Below are positions 29,146 to 39,313 of a stretch of 64,000 bases of DNA, piece by piece. The translations under genes were made by a program, and so were the position numbers. Under the pieces are notes generated by a model. It saw nothing but the letters and a program-made list of their open reading frames with translations. It had not been told where the DNA came from and did no database searches. The first letter of the stretch is position 1; the number at the start of each line of letters is the position of its first letter. This DNA comes from a virus. Its lineage: Duplodnaviria; Caudoviricetes. Location: the IMG/VR virus record IMGVR_UViG_3300046694_000619, one strand, 5' to 3'.

Positions 29146-30180
29146 ATGATGAAAAAAGAAACACTCGATACCGCTATCCGGGTCGGCCAGATGCTCAAGC
29201 TGATGGCGCCCCTGGCCGCGGCCAGCAAGGCGTTCAGCAAGCGCCTGTCGAAGCTGCGCTCGGGGCTGGATGAACAGCTCGTGCTGTGCCTGCTCGCCGG
29301 CGAGTCGGCGCAGGGCATCCTCGCGCCAGGCGTCATCGCCGAGCTCGACAAGGCGCTTCGCGACTCGATGGTGGAACGGCTCAACGTCAAGGGACTGCTC
29401 GATAACAGCGGGCTCTCGCATCACGTAGCGTTCAACGCCGCGCGAAAGGACCGGGTTTCCGACGTCTACCAGGTGCTCGCCCCCGCGGAAGCGGTGTCCT
29501 ACGAAACGACTCAGCACCTGAAGGTGGACCAGGCCGAGCGTTCGAAAATCATTCGTGATTTCACGAGTGCGGTTCACAACTCCAACTGGCTCAGCACACT
29601 CATGCACGTCGGTATGACCGCCGGCGTCGCTACGACGCAGAGCGCAAGTCTGGCGCGTAAGCACAGCAGCGAACAGGGGCGTGACCTCCTGATGACGAAG
29701 CTGCTCCGGCTGTGCCCGACATACGTCGAAGCCGTCGCTCCGGCTCGCAAGCGCTCGACCAAGGCGGCCACGGCGGCCACGCGCTCGAGCCGCCCGCCGG
29801 CCGTCGCGGCTGCGGGGCTGTACGTGACGCAGGTCGTGATGTCTGCAGAGGCCCTGCTCAAGCAGCCCGACATCGCAGCGCTCGCCGATACGTCGTTCCT
29901 GAGCTCCGAGAATCAGAGTCTTGCGACGCTGCTCGAAAAAGCGTCAAAGCCGGTCGTGGTGGGTGAGGGCGAAACACCCGATACGGTGGCGCAGCGCATC
30001 GTTGACGAGCTGCTGGTGGGCCTCGTCGCGCGCAACAAGGCCATCGCCGCTGAAAAGCAGGCGGTGCGCCAGCGGGCACAGGACGCCGCGAAGGCGACCG
30101 CGCTTGACGCGCTAAAGCAGCTCAATCCGAAGGTGCTCAAGCTGCTCAAGGACAATCCGGACCTGCTGAAGAACGTTTAA
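29146..30180 (+). CDS. hypothetical helical protein
   Basis: 344-aa ORF with AAAGGA RBS. Confidence 0.7.
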   Translation: MMKKETLDTAIRVGQMLKLMAPLAAASKAFSKRLSKLRSGLDEQLVLCLLAGESAQGILAPGVIAELDKALRDSMVERLNVKGLLDNSGLSHHVAFNAARKDRVSDVYQVLAPAEAVSYETTQHLKVDQAERSKIIRDFTSAVHNSNWLSTLMHVGMTAGVATTQSASLARKHSSEQGRDLLMTKLLRLCPTYVEAVAPARKRSTKAATAATRSSRPPAVAAAGLYVTQVVMSAEALLKQPDIAALADTSFLSSENQSLATLLEKASKPVVVGEGETPDTVAQRIVDELLVGLVARNKAIAAEKQAVRQRAQDAAKATALDALKQLNPKVLKLLKDNPDLLKNV

Positions 30181-30211
30181 GCCAGGTAGGCCGGCAAGAA
30201 AAACGGGGTAT

Positions 30212-30655
30212 GTGATGACAACTACTATTCAAGTGAGTGCCGCGCAGCAGCGCATTGTCGACCGCTTCATTGAAGCGCAGGGTAGCAAGCCGTTTCGCCG
30301 GCAGGATGTCGCCGACGCGCTCTATCCGCACATTAGACCGCGCCTCATGGGTAATGCGCGGGCACTCGCTGACAAGGTGATGCAGCAGCTGCAGCGCGAG
30401 CGACGCCTGGTCAAGGCAGGTCACGTGCACTGGAGTCTGGTTGTGCCGACCTCGCGCACGCTCAAGGGCGGCCGGGTGGTTCCCGAGCACAAGGAAGCGC
30501 AGCAGCTGACGCTTTCGACGCACTGCCCGCAAAAGTGGGTGGCTGTCGACCTCGAAACGGGTGACGTGTGGGCGGGAAGTGACGAAGGCTGGAAGCGCGC
30601 AGCTGGCACTGTAGCCGGCGAAGTGACCCAGATACTCTCGAAAGCAGCGACATGA
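30212..30655 (+). CDS. hypothetical protein
   Basis: 147-aa ORF, coupled to the next gene. Confidence 0.6.
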   Translation: MMTTTIQVSAAQQRIVDRFIEAQGSKPFRRQDVADALYPHIRPRLMGNARALADKVMQQLQRERRLVKAGHVHWSLVVPTSRTLKGGRVVPEHKEAQQLTLSTHCPQKWVAVDLETGDVWAGSDEGWKRAAGTVAGEVTQILSKAAT

Positions 30656-30984
30656 CACAGGATTCCAGGAAATTTCCAGCCGTACGCCGCTTTGTCGAGA
30701 CGTACGCCCATACGAAGGGCCTCGATTACGAGGCCTACTATCGGGAGCTCCTGGAGCGGACGCGCGCGCACCTCGAACAGGAACTGACCCGGCTCAAGCA
30801 AGGTGAGCTGTTTCGCAAGGAGACCCAGTTCCTCGTCGCCGAGAAAACGGTCCCTCCTGAGGTCGCATTGAGCGCCTATCGCGTTGTCAGCGAATTGCGG
30901 GACGAGGGGTATGCCGCCGACGTTCTTGCAGACTCGTCCTACGTAACGGGGCAACGCCTCTGGCTATCCATCCGGCTCTTCTGA
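30652..30984 (+). CDS. hypothetical protein
   Basis: ATGA overlap. Confidence 0.6.
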   Translation: MTQDSRKFPAVRRFVETYAHTKGLDYEAYYRELLERTRAHLEQELTRLKQGELFRKETQFLVAEKTVPPEVALSAYRVVSELRDEGYAADVLADSSYVTGQRLWLSIRLF

Positions 30985-31003
30985 GTCACTCGTTGAGGTC
31001 TGG

Positions 31004-31435
31004 TTGATGCAGCACATCCGTTTTCTTCCCCGCGTGGTGGCCGCCGCCTACCGGCCGGCGCCCGGTTCGGTGCTCATCTCCATTCATGACGTCAGCGAAC
31101 CGCCGTTGACCCCGCGAAATGGCTGGGACGCGACGCTTGTGCAGCGTTTCCATGACACGGACGGCGAGCAGATGGGGCTGGAGGTGTTCAGCGAAGCGCA
31201 GGCGCGCGAACTTCTGGCGTTCGTCGCGCGCCACGCAGACTGCACCGAGCTCGTTGTGCACTGTTCGCTTGGCCAGAGCCGTTCCGCCGCGGTGGCGCTC
31301 TACCTGTCCGAAAAGTATGGCGTGCCTTGCTTCAAGGAACAGGTCCGCGTGACCTGGGAGAACTGGCGCATCTACAACCGGTTAGTCTATCGGCGACTGC
31401 ACAACGCAGACTTCGGCGGCTCGCCAGGCGCCTGA
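31004..31435 (+). CDS. protein-tyrosine/dual-specificity phosphatase family protein
   Basis: VHCSLGQSRS (CX5R), FHD acid loop. Confidence 0.85.
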   Translation: MMQHIRFLPRVVAAAYRPAPGSVLISIHDVSEPPLTPRNGWDATLVQRFHDTDGEQMGLEVFSEAQARELLAFVARHADCTELVVHCSLGQSRSAAVALYLSEKYGVPCFKEQVRVTWENWRIYNRLVYRRLHNADFGGSPGA

Positions 31436-31459
31436 ACGGCTCCAGCGCGCGGCCGTTCA

Positions 31460-32590
31460 TCAGCGACGCGCCATGGTTCGCTCCATCGTTCGTTCAGCGT
31501 CTGCGGCCTTGTCGGTCGAGGTTTTCGGCGGCGCGGTCGCGCTTTTCCGGTCATCCGCCAACGACAAAATCGTTTCCTTGTCGTAAGTGAACACTTCAGG
31601 CTGGTGCGGCGAGGCGGAGACGGCGTGCCCGCTCTGGCCCGCCTTCATGGAGGCCTCATTGCCGCTGTAGGTGGCGTTGACCCAGTTGGCAATCGACTGC
31701 GCCTGATACTGGGCGGCGCCGTGGTCCTGGGCCCATTTCTGCACGTTGAGCGTCGAAAACTTCAGCGCGGCATGGTGCACTGCATCGGCGCGTGCGCCCT
31801 GGCTTTCGGCTCGGCTCGCCAGCGTATTCACCAGCTTTTTGCCCGACTCCGACTTCAGGTAGTCACCGAGCCACTTCAATCCGCGCGTCGAATCGTGGAT
31901 GTCCACGCTCCGTCCGTTCTGCGCGAGGCCTTCGGCTCTGTGTTCCCGTAAAGAGTCGGCCACTGCGCTGCCTTTCCCGGCTCCGTCTTTCGCCGCGATG
32001 CTGAGAACCGCAAAACTGTCGCCATAGGCCTCATGGACCAGCCCGTGAAGTGCTGCGACAGCCATGTGCTTCGATTCCTGCCCCGTCGCGGTCCGGACTG
32101 CGTCAAGGACGTTATCGGGAATGGAGCGCTCCCAGCCATTGACCGCGTGGCCATCAGTCGGGTCGGGCTTGAAGTCGCGAGCGCCATTAGGTTGCACATC
32201 GAGCCGGCTGAGATTGGCGTGTCCTTCCTCGTGCACGGTCAGAACCGCCATCGCAGTCTCGGCGTCGAAGCCCTTCAGCGAGGCGCTCGTCAGCTCTTTC
32301 GCCGACAGGGTCACCACGCCACTATCCAGGTCCGTATGACTGCGCTTGCCGTTGGGCAGTGCGATGTCGTCCATCGCTTCCAGCACAGGCGAAGGAGGAG
32401 CGCCGGCCGCGCTTCGTTCCTTGAGCGTATCCTTCACCAGCTGGATTTTCTCCTGTATCGACGCAGAACTATCGTCGGCCGGGACGACAACAAACTCTTT
32501 GGGGTTGTTTGATAGAGCGGTGTCACTGTACCGGGTTGCAACCTGCGCAATGCGGGTGACGATGTCGGCGGTGGAGGCTACGTAAGGCAT
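31460..32590 (-). CDS. HExxH zincin-like protein with a basic C-terminal tail
   Basis: VHEEGH...HEAYGD; C-terminus ERTMERTMARR. Confidence 0.6.
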   Translation of the reverse strand: MPYVASTADIVTRIAQVATRYSDTALSNNPKEFVVVPADDSSASIQEKIQLVKDTLKERSAAGAPPSPVLEAMDDIALPNGKRSHTDLDSGVVTLSAKELTSASLKGFDAETAMAVLTVHEEGHANLSRLDVQPNGARDFKPDPTDGHAVNGWERSIPDNVLDAVRTATGQESKHMAVAALHGLVHEAYGDSFAVLSIAAKDGAGKGSAVADSLREHRAEGLAQNGRSVDIHDSTRGLKWLGDYLKSESGKKLVNTLASRAESQGARADAVHHAALKFSTLNVQKWAQDHGAAQYQAQSIANWVNATYSGNEASMKAGQSGHAVSASPHQPEVFTYDKETILSLADDRKSATAPPKTSTDKAADAERTMERTMARR

Positions 32591-32701
32591 TGATGGGATT
32601 AAACCATTGAGTTATCCCGTATAGGTAGCGCGCGCTCACGCCGGCCGGTATCTGGCGTGGCCTATACCGGTCAGATACCCAACTGAACAGAGGACAATTC
32701 A

Positions 32702-32989
32702 ATGGCTCACACCAAGGTGAAACGCGACGCGCACGGGCTCTATGTGCGCACGGACGGAAATCTGTATCGGCCAGTCAGGACAGTCCACTCGTATCCGCTC
32801 AGCCTCGCCGCCAATTCGCGCGACGACGGCACCAGTGCCTACGTGGAGGGCAGCCAGGTACAGGCTCGGCATCTCAGCGGCACGCCATTCTGTGTCGTGA
32901 AGGATGGTGCTGGCGCCGAAGAGCACTGGCACAGCCATGGCATGTATCTGGGCGTGACGTCCACCGCCTGCTGGCACCCTGTGACGTAA
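32702..32989 (+). CDS. hypothetical protein
   Basis: GAGGA RBS; CTATAC motif upstream; terminator downstream. Confidence 0.6.
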   Translation: MAHTKVKRDAHGLYVRTDGNLYRPVRTVHSYPLSLAANSRDDGTSAYVEGSQVQARHLSGTPFCVVKDGAGAEEHWHSHGMYLGVTSTACWHPVT

Positions 32990-33146
32990 CCGCCTGACCA
33001 AGCAGTCTCCAGCCGGTCCTCGACAGAGCGACCGGCTTTTTTACACCATGCCCGAGCGGTCCAGACGTAGACTTATTGCTTTTTCACGCTATACTAAAGG
33101 CGCAGCAACCGGCTGCGCTTGTGCTTTCTGCGTGAGACAAATTGCG

Positions 33147-34118
33147 ATGAGTTCACTGGCTATCGGGTCGTCGATGACCCTGTTCGATGTTTCTGAAGTT
33201 GAGAAGGCAATGGCGGACCTGGGTGACGGCCCGCAGGCCTCGTCCGATTCACTGCGCCGCGTCTACAAGAAGATGCTCACCCGCGGTCCCGACCGCTTCG
33301 TTACCAAGCCGGCGAGCGCCGCGCCGCTAGCGCAGGTCATGGAGACCTGCCCAAACTTCCGCGGTGTGCTGGAAGACCTCACCAATCACATCGAGCTGGC
33401 GACCGTGAACAAGCGCGGGCTCAAGCTGATTCCTATCATCCTTGCGGGCGACCCAGGAGTCGGAAAAACGCATTTCGCAAAGCAGCTCGCCGGCGCGCTG
33501 GGACTCTCCTTCCAGTTTCTCTCGATGGGCACCATGAGCGCTGGCTGGGTTCTGGGCGGCTCCGCGCCAACCTGGCAGGGCGCGCGCCACGGCAAGATTG
33601 CCGCAACGCTCATCGAAGGCGAATTCGGCAATCCCCTCTACGTGCTCGACGAATTGGACAAGACGGGCGGCGATAGCCGGTATGACCCGTTTGGCGCGCT
33701 GCTGCAGTTGCTCGAGCGCGATACCGCGCAGCACTTCAAGGACGAGTATCTGGACGTCGCCATGGACGCGTCGGCCATCGTCTGGGTGGCGACGGCCAAC
33801 GACCCGTCGCTCATTCCGCAGTACATCCTCTCGCGCATGACCGTCTACGACGTGCCCGCGCCCACTGAGGATGAGGCGTTCTTCATCGCGCAGCGCATCT
33901 ACGACAATCTGCGTGCAGACCTCGACTGGGCATTCGAGCCTGACCTGCCGGCCGAGCTTCACGACCTGTTCTCGGAAATTGCACCGCGCGACATGCGCAA
34001 AAAGCTGACCGACGCGATGGCGAGTGCCGTGCACGCGAAACGCACCCGCTTGCGGCCGGACGACATCAGGGCGACGCACGCGAAGCAGGCGCGCAGCATA
34101 GGATTCATGAGCGCCTGA
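33147..34118 (+). CDS. AAA+ ATPase, Lon-like ATPase module without protease domain
   Basis: GDPGVGKT Walker A, VLDELDK Walker B, DPFGALLQLLE, FKDEYL, ATAN. Confidence 0.88.
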   Translation: MSSLAIGSSMTLFDVSEVEKAMADLGDGPQASSDSLRRVYKKMLTRGPDRFVTKPASAAPLAQVMETCPNFRGVLEDLTNHIELATVNKRGLKLIPIILAGDPGVGKTHFAKQLAGALGLSFQFLSMGTMSAGWVLGGSAPTWQGARHGKIAATLIEGEFGNPLYVLDELDKTGGDSRYDPFGALLQLLERDTAQHFKDEYLDVAMDASAIVWVATANDPSLIPQYILSRMTVYDVPAPTEDEAFFIAQRIYDNLRADLDWAFEPDLPAELHDLFSEIAPRDMRKKLTDAMASAVHAKRTRLRPDDIRATHAKQARSIGFMSA

Positions 34119-34187
34119 CCGAGACGCCTAGGCGCAAAGAGGTCGCCTGGCTACAATCCCGGAGGTCCAATCCTCCGGAGTTGCGTC

Positions 34188-34853
34188 GTGGAAAAGAAAA
34201 TCATCGTTGATTCGCGGGAAAGTCGCAGCGGCCTGAGCGAGCTGCTGCGCTCGCGGGGCATCACGGTGCAGAGCGAAGAGCTCGAGTGCGCCGACTACAT
34301 CCTTGCGGATGGGCTGGCGGTCGAGCGCAAGACCGCCGTTGATTTCGTTGCCTCGATTCTCGACAAACGAATTTTCAGCCAGATAGAAATCTGCAAGCGG
34401 ACCTTCGCGAAGGTCGTGGTGGTTGTGGAAGGAAACCCGTACAAGACACGGTCGGCCATCACACCGGCGGCCATCACCGGCGCGCTGTCGTGGCTCATCG
34501 TCATTGAATCGGTGTCGGTGATTCGGACGGAGAACGTCGAGGAGACGGCTGACGCCCTGCAGGTCCTCCAGAGGCACGCGATAGACGGCCTTGGGTATGA
34601 GATTGCACTCCAGGGTGCGAAACCCAAGGACCGCTTCCCGCAGGCGCAGCTGCTCGTGGAGTCGCTGCCGGGTATCGGACCGGGTGCGGCCAAGAAGCTG
34701 CTCGCGCACTTCGGCTCGGCCGGCGCTGTGGTCAACGCCACGCCGGAAGAACTGAAAAAGGTGCCCGGCATTGGTCCGAAGACCATCGCGTCAATCCGCG
34801 AAGTCATTGAATTCGACACGCGACCGCATCTGGCCAAAGTCGGTGAACTCTGA
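34188..34853 (+). CDS. ERCC4/XPF-family nuclease with HhH2 domain
   Basis: IIVDSRE, ADY, VERKT..DF..SI.D.R, tandem LPGIGP/VPGIGP HhH. Confidence 0.9.
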   Translation: MEKKIIVDSRESRSGLSELLRSRGITVQSEELECADYILADGLAVERKTAVDFVASILDKRIFSQIEICKRTFAKVVVVVEGNPYKTRSAITPAAITGALSWLIVIESVSVIRTENVEETADALQVLQRHAIDGLGYEIALQGAKPKDRFPQAQLLVESLPGIGPGAAKKLLAHFGSAGAVVNATPEELKKVPGIGPKTIASIREVIEFDTRPHLAKVGEL

Positions 34854-34957
34854 TAATTGATATGAATGCATGATTAATGCTATACTATGCTCATGAAACG
34901 TAAAACTTCATCCATGCAGGAGGGCTTTCCCTAGTGACCATTCACTAGGAGCCTCAA

Positions 34958-35527
34958 TTGCATCAAATCCCCGAGTATCAAACCGCTGTCACCCTGTTTT
35001 CCCGTGACGGCGAAGTCCAGGTGTACCGGACGATGAAGGAAGCGCTCAAGGCGCTCGGCACTCGCTGGATTGCCGCCAACGTTGGCGCGCACTTCCGGGT
35101 GTTCGACCACAATGCGCGCCACTTTGACACCGACCGACGCACCTGGGTGAGTGAGCCGCAGTACGTCGAGCGCAATTACATCATGCGCAATGACGCTGGC
35201 GAGGTGGTGACCGCTGCGGACTTCTATCCGCTGGCCGAACGCCGTCGCTGGCGCGGCTGGTATCGCTGGGGCCGCGCGCTCGAGAACTGGAACGGCGTTG
35301 GTCCGGTCCCGTGCATCGGTCGCCCGCGCGGTGGCCACTATTACCGCCGGCCGGAAACCATGATGGAGCGTCGTCAAGCCGCCATGGTGCTGAAGGAAGA
35401 GGGCGAAGTGGCGCCGCGCGGCAAGCGCAGCCTCAAGCACCTGCCCAACGCCTGGGACGACTACCGCGTGGCGGCGCGTGACGAACGCGGCTGGAAGCGC
35501 CATCGTCGCACCCAGTACCGTGGCTGA
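34958..35527 (+). CDS. hypothetical basic protein
   Basis: 189-aa ORF, AGGAG RBS, LPNAWDD...WKRHRRTQY tail. Confidence 0.65.
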   Translation: MHQIPEYQTAVTLFSRDGEVQVYRTMKEALKALGTRWIAANVGAHFRVFDHNARHFDTDRRTWVSEPQYVERNYIMRNDAGEVVTAADFYPLAERRRWRGWYRWGRALENWNGVGPVPCIGRPRGGHYYRRPETMMERRQAAMVLKEEGEVAPRGKRSLKHLPNAWDDYRVAARDERGWKRHRRTQYRG

Positions 35528-35529
35528 AC

Positions 35530-35564
35530 AAAAAAGGCCGGCAAGCATCGCTTGCCGGCCTTTT
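35530..35564. terminator. bidirectional intrinsic terminator
   Basis: aaaaaa-ggccggcaagc-atc-gcttgccggcc-tttt. Confidence 0.8.
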
Positions 35565-35650
35565 CCTTTTGGGCCACCGCTCTCTTTGCGTGACTCATAC
35601 GTTAATTCATAGTATACTGTTGGCTCTTTTTCAACTTCAAGAGCGCCGCA

Positions 35651-35848
35651 ATGGTTGACACTAGCGAGCAGCGAATCCTCGAAAACGGGCACGAGTTCGT
35701 GACCGGCAAGGCGGTCGGTTTCCGGTCGGGGAGCGTTCTGCACGACAAGCATGTCTGCCTGAATTGCGGTGTTGTGCGCCGCATCGACGGCAAGAACAGC
35801 CAGTGCAAAGGCAAGGTGCACGTCACGACGCGCGGCACCACCCGATAG
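35651..35848 (+). CDS. small Cys/His-rich protein
   Basis: 65 aa, H..CLNC...C. Confidence 0.5.
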   Translation: MVDTSEQRILENGHEFVTGKAVGFRSGSVLHDKHVCLNCGVVRRIDGKNSQCKGKVHVTTRGTTR

Positions 35849-35868
35849 CCGGCTCTTCAGGACATACC

Positions 35869-36387
35869 ATGACTGCAACTGCTGCAAAACTTCCCGCAAA
35901 GCCTCTCGTTACGCCGCTGCGCGCATATTTCTTCGTTACCCTCATGCTGGTGCTGGTGGTCACGGCACCATTCACAGTCGGCGTAGGCGTGGGGCGGCTG
36001 TGCGATGCGATTAACAGTTGGGACGCGGCAAACAGGGCGTGGGCAATTGCTTCGCCGCTCGCAAGCTGGCTCGTGACAGGCGGTCTCGGTTTCCTCGGAG
36101 CCAGCTATGTGCTGGCACTGTGCCTGAACGAAAAGGTCGTATTCAAGACTGTACGCAGGGGAACCGCGGCTATTCTAGGCGTGGTGCTTATCGGCGTGGT
36201 GCTGGAATATCTGTTCACTTGCCTGCCGGCTATGGAAGCGCTGTACGACGCATTCGGTGCTGCTGGCGGAACCCCTGTCTGGCTGAACGGTATCGCCAGT
36301 TTTGTTGTGGTGGCCTTTGCCAATATCTTGCATGTTGCTGTCGTGGTGGGTATTCTCGCCGCGTTTGCCTGCGCTGATTTCAGCTAA
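35869..36387 (+). CDS. multi-pass membrane protein
   Basis: 4 hydrophobic segments; start revised to MTATAAK. Confidence 0.65.
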   Translation: MTATAAKLPAKPLVTPLRAYFFVTLMLVLVVTAPFTVGVGVGRLCDAINSWDAANRAWAIASPLASWLVTGGLGFLGASYVLALCLNEKVVFKTVRRGTAAILGVVLIGVVLEYLFTCLPAMEALYDAFGAAGGTPVWLNGIASFVVVAFANILHVAVVVGILAAFACADFS

Positions 36388-36401
36388 GTTCAGGGACCCA
36401 T

Positions 36402-36944
36402 ATGACCTGGCTTTCACCCATTCCGCTTGCACTCGTTCCGACTACGGATAGCGAGTCCTTTGCCGCGATGAAAGCCGGTGAGACAGGCCTGCCGCTCGCC
36501 CCGCACCCCGGTGCGTTCGGAGTGAAGCGCAAGTACCACACGCACGAAGGCGTTGACCTTTACGCGCCTGAGGGTACCGTCGTGTTCGCAGTCGAGACGG
36601 GTACGGTCGTGGCGGTCAAGCCATTCACCGGGCCGCACGCTGGGCCGACGCTTGCGCACTGGCTGGACACGTGGGCGGTCTTCGTCGAGGGTCCGTCGGG
36701 CGTCGTGGTGTACGGCGAAATCAAGCCCTGGTGCGAAGTCGGCGCGCAAGTCGACGCCGGGATGCCGCTGGGCCACGTCATCCCGGTGCTTCGCAAGGAC
36801 AAAGGCCGGCCGCGCGCGATGCTGCACATCGAGCTGCGCGAACCCGGCAACACCGTCGACATCGAGTGGCTCGACGAGCACCACCCCGCTGGCCTGCTCG
36901 ACCCCACACCCTTCCTGCTGGCGAGCGTTCCCCGGAGCGCATAG
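36402..36944 (+). CDS. M23 family metallopeptidase
   Basis: HEGVD, AVETGTVV, LHIE, DPTPFL. Confidence 0.85.
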   Translation: MTWLSPIPLALVPTTDSESFAAMKAGETGLPLAPHPGAFGVKRKYHTHEGVDLYAPEGTVVFAVETGTVVAVKPFTGPHAGPTLAHWLDTWAVFVEGPSGVVVYGEIKPWCEVGAQVDAGMPLGHVIPVLRKDKGRPRAMLHIELREPGNTVDIEWLDEHHPAGLLDPTPFLLASVPRSA

Positions 36945-36997
36945 CGCTCTATACCTAGTAGGCATTTTTGATTTGACACCTACTGGAGAGGCCACAC

Positions 36998-37330
36998 ATG
37001 AAAGACCGCCATACCGAAGGACCTTGGGAAGTATTCATTGCTGACGACGGAGGCGAGTGGACAGGCTGGCCCCTGTCCATCGAAGCAGCCAATGAGGTCG
37101 ACAAAACTGTCGTCCGCCCTGGTGGCTTCTATCCGTACACGTGGGACGCATCGGTAAGCCAGACAGAAGCCGTGGCGAACGCCCATCTGATGGCCGCGTC
37201 GCCCGACATGCTGACAGCACTTCGCGCGGCATTGCCAGCTCTCGAGCTGGCGGCCAAGGCTGGAGACGCCGCAGCAATCGACGCGCTCGCGCTGACTCGC
37301 GCCGCCATCGACAAAGCAATCAAACACTGA
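36998..37330 (+). CDS. phage-type hypothetical protein
   Basis: HTEGPW...ANAHLMAASPDML..AL pattern typical of small phage ORFs. Confidence 0.7.
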   Translation: MKDRHTEGPWEVFIADDGGEWTGWPLSIEAANEVDKTVVRPGGFYPYTWDASVSQTEAVANAHLMAASPDMLTALRAALPALELAAKAGDAAAIDALALTRAAIDKAIKH

Positions 37331-37352
37331 CCCGCAGAAGGAGCGAACCGTC

Positions 37353-37661
37353 ATGGATTTACGTCAACTGTGGGAGCAGGACCTGGTGTTTGGCTTCAGC
37401 CGGCTGCTCGAAATTCATGAGCTCGGGCTGACCGCGGACAACACCGACTTCGTCTATGTCGACGGCGAAGAAGGGGACTTCGGCACCATCCGTTACAAGG
37501 ATGCCTCCGGCCAGGTCGTGGTTATCCGCGAAATCGAAGGCGGAGATGTGGAAAGCCTCGAGCTGACCGACTACGGTCGGCCAATCGTGGCAAAAGTGAT
37601 GTTGGACATCTTCAAGCAGAGCCTCGCCGAAAAGCTGCAGGTGCCGCTGGATTCGCTGTAA
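37353..37661 (+). CDS. acidic hypothetical protein
   Basis: AAGGAG RBS. Confidence 0.6.
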   Translation: MDLRQLWEQDLVFGFSRLLEIHELGLTADNTDFVYVDGEEGDFGTIRYKDASGQVVVIREIEGGDVESLELTDYGRPIVAKVMLDIFKQSLAEKLQVPLDSL

Positions 37662-37765
37662 CCCTCCGCTGCACGATTCTCTCAAGCCCCGCGCGTCATG
37701 CCGGGGCTTTTTCATGCCCGAACTCTATACGGAGACAGGCCACAACACTTTTTAAGGAGATTACC

Positions 37766-38932
37766 GTGCCCGATTTGAATCAATTCCTCTCGCTGTCGGA
37801 CCTGCAACCGTTCTTCGATAACGCCAAGCCCGACGACACCGTTACCGACGCCTGGCGCACGCAGAATTCCAAGAACCTCAAGCTCATCGTGGTACCGCCG
37901 CTGATGTCGTTTTTCAAGGCGCTGAAGGCCGAGGGTCGTATGGCCTCCATCCCGAACGGTGAGGGCTATTCCACGCGGTTCTGGAATGCCTGGAATAACG
38001 TCGCGGGGCTAGACCTCGCCACCGCCGAGCAAGCCGATGCGGATGAAAAGCTGACAAGGCTGGCAGACAAGTTCGCAAGCTACATCACTTTCCGCATAGT
38101 CAGGCCGTATGAGCGCGTCCTGAAGGCTGAGGGTGCTACCGCGGCCGCTGCGTTCGACAAAAGTGTCGCATTCGTCGACATTGTGGGTACATTCAGCAAG
38201 GGCAGCTATGAGCCCTATGAGTTCTCGCACGAAACCTGCCAGAACACCGGGTTGCCGCTCTCTCTGGGCTTTACGGAGTGGGTGCCGCAAGGCTGCTATA
38301 TCGACTCGGAGAAAGGCGGCTTTGTCCCGATTGCCCCCGCAGCGCCGGCGACCCTGCAGGAAACCGTTGTGGAACTGAAAACGGGAAATCTGCTCTGCTC
38401 GGACTGGTTCCGGATTAAGGAATTCACGGACGCCACGAAGGAGAAGTACATCTCGCTGGAGTCACGCCAGGGCATCGAGGAGAGCGCCCGCTACCTCGCT
38501 CAGCAGTTTGGCGTGGTCAGCGTGTATGTCGGCAATACGAGCCCGGACGTGTTTCAGGATGGTAACCAGCTCATCATCGGTCACCACTACGAAGATGACG
38601 GCGATATTCCGGCACGGTTTTCGAAGGTAGGCAGCGTTTGCACGGACCTGTGGGCAGCCTCTTTCGTCGAGTATGAAACCCTCGTCGAGATGGTCGGCCG
38701 CACGCTTCCCGATACGGCAAAAGACGTGGTCGACACGTATCTTGCCGAACGTGTAGTCGCCCGGCATACACATCGGATTACGGTGGAACCAGGCACCTAC
38801 TACCTGTATCACTTCGGTGACTTTCAGGACTTCCCGGAAATGGCAAAGAAGGCAGGCATCGAGCTCGATACCGGCGTCATCGAGCCATTCTTTGTGCTGA
38901 CTCGCACCCGGCTATTGCAGCCGAGCGCCTAA
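37766..38932 (+). CDS. hypothetical protein
   Basis: 388-aa ORF, TAAGGAG RBS. Confidence 0.75.
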   Translation: MPDLNQFLSLSDLQPFFDNAKPDDTVTDAWRTQNSKNLKLIVVPPLMSFFKALKAEGRMASIPNGEGYSTRFWNAWNNVAGLDLATAEQADADEKLTRLADKFASYITFRIVRPYERVLKAEGATAAAAFDKSVAFVDIVGTFSKGSYEPYEFSHETCQNTGLPLSLGFTEWVPQGCYIDSEKGGFVPIAPAAPATLQETVVELKTGNLLCSDWFRIKEFTDATKEKYISLESRQGIEESARYLAQQFGVVSVYVGNTSPDVFQDGNQLIIGHHYEDDGDIPARFSKVGSVCTDLWAASFVEYETLVEMVGRTLPDTAKDVVDTYLAERVVARHTHRITVEPGTYYLYHFGDFQDFPEMAKKAGIELDTGVIEPFFVLTRTRLLQPSA

Positions 38933-39064
38933 AAGTTGTTCCCTCAAAAGAGCCTTTTCTAAAGGCTCTTTTTCTATTGCACCGCGATTTCCCATGCTGC
39001 GCGCCGCGAGTGATGGCACCTGCTTCGACCTATACGGAGCAGGGCAAACCATCGGAGAAGCGCA

Positions 39065-39313
39065 ATGGAGGTGAACCGTATCACCAAGAAGCTTGATACG
39101 TCGGCAGTCGAGCCGGTCGGACCATCAGCAAACATGCAGAGCTTCTCGGACTTTCTGTCCGGGTATCTCCCGCCGGAGCTGCGTGGCATCAAGTCGGAGC
39201 GGGCGAGCGTGCAGCGCAAACCCACCCAGCAACAAGAGTCGGTCGTGCGGCCGCAGTCCCTGGCTGCCGATGAACCGTACCGTCCGGGCGCATTGCTCAA
39301 CATCGAAGCATGA
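39065..39313 (+). CDS. hypothetical protein
   Basis: 82 aa, coupled to the next gene. Confidence 0.5.
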   Translation: MEVNRITKKLDTSAVEPVGPSANMQSFSDFLSGYLPPELRGIKSERASVQRKPTQQQESVVRPQSLAADEPYRPGALLNIEA

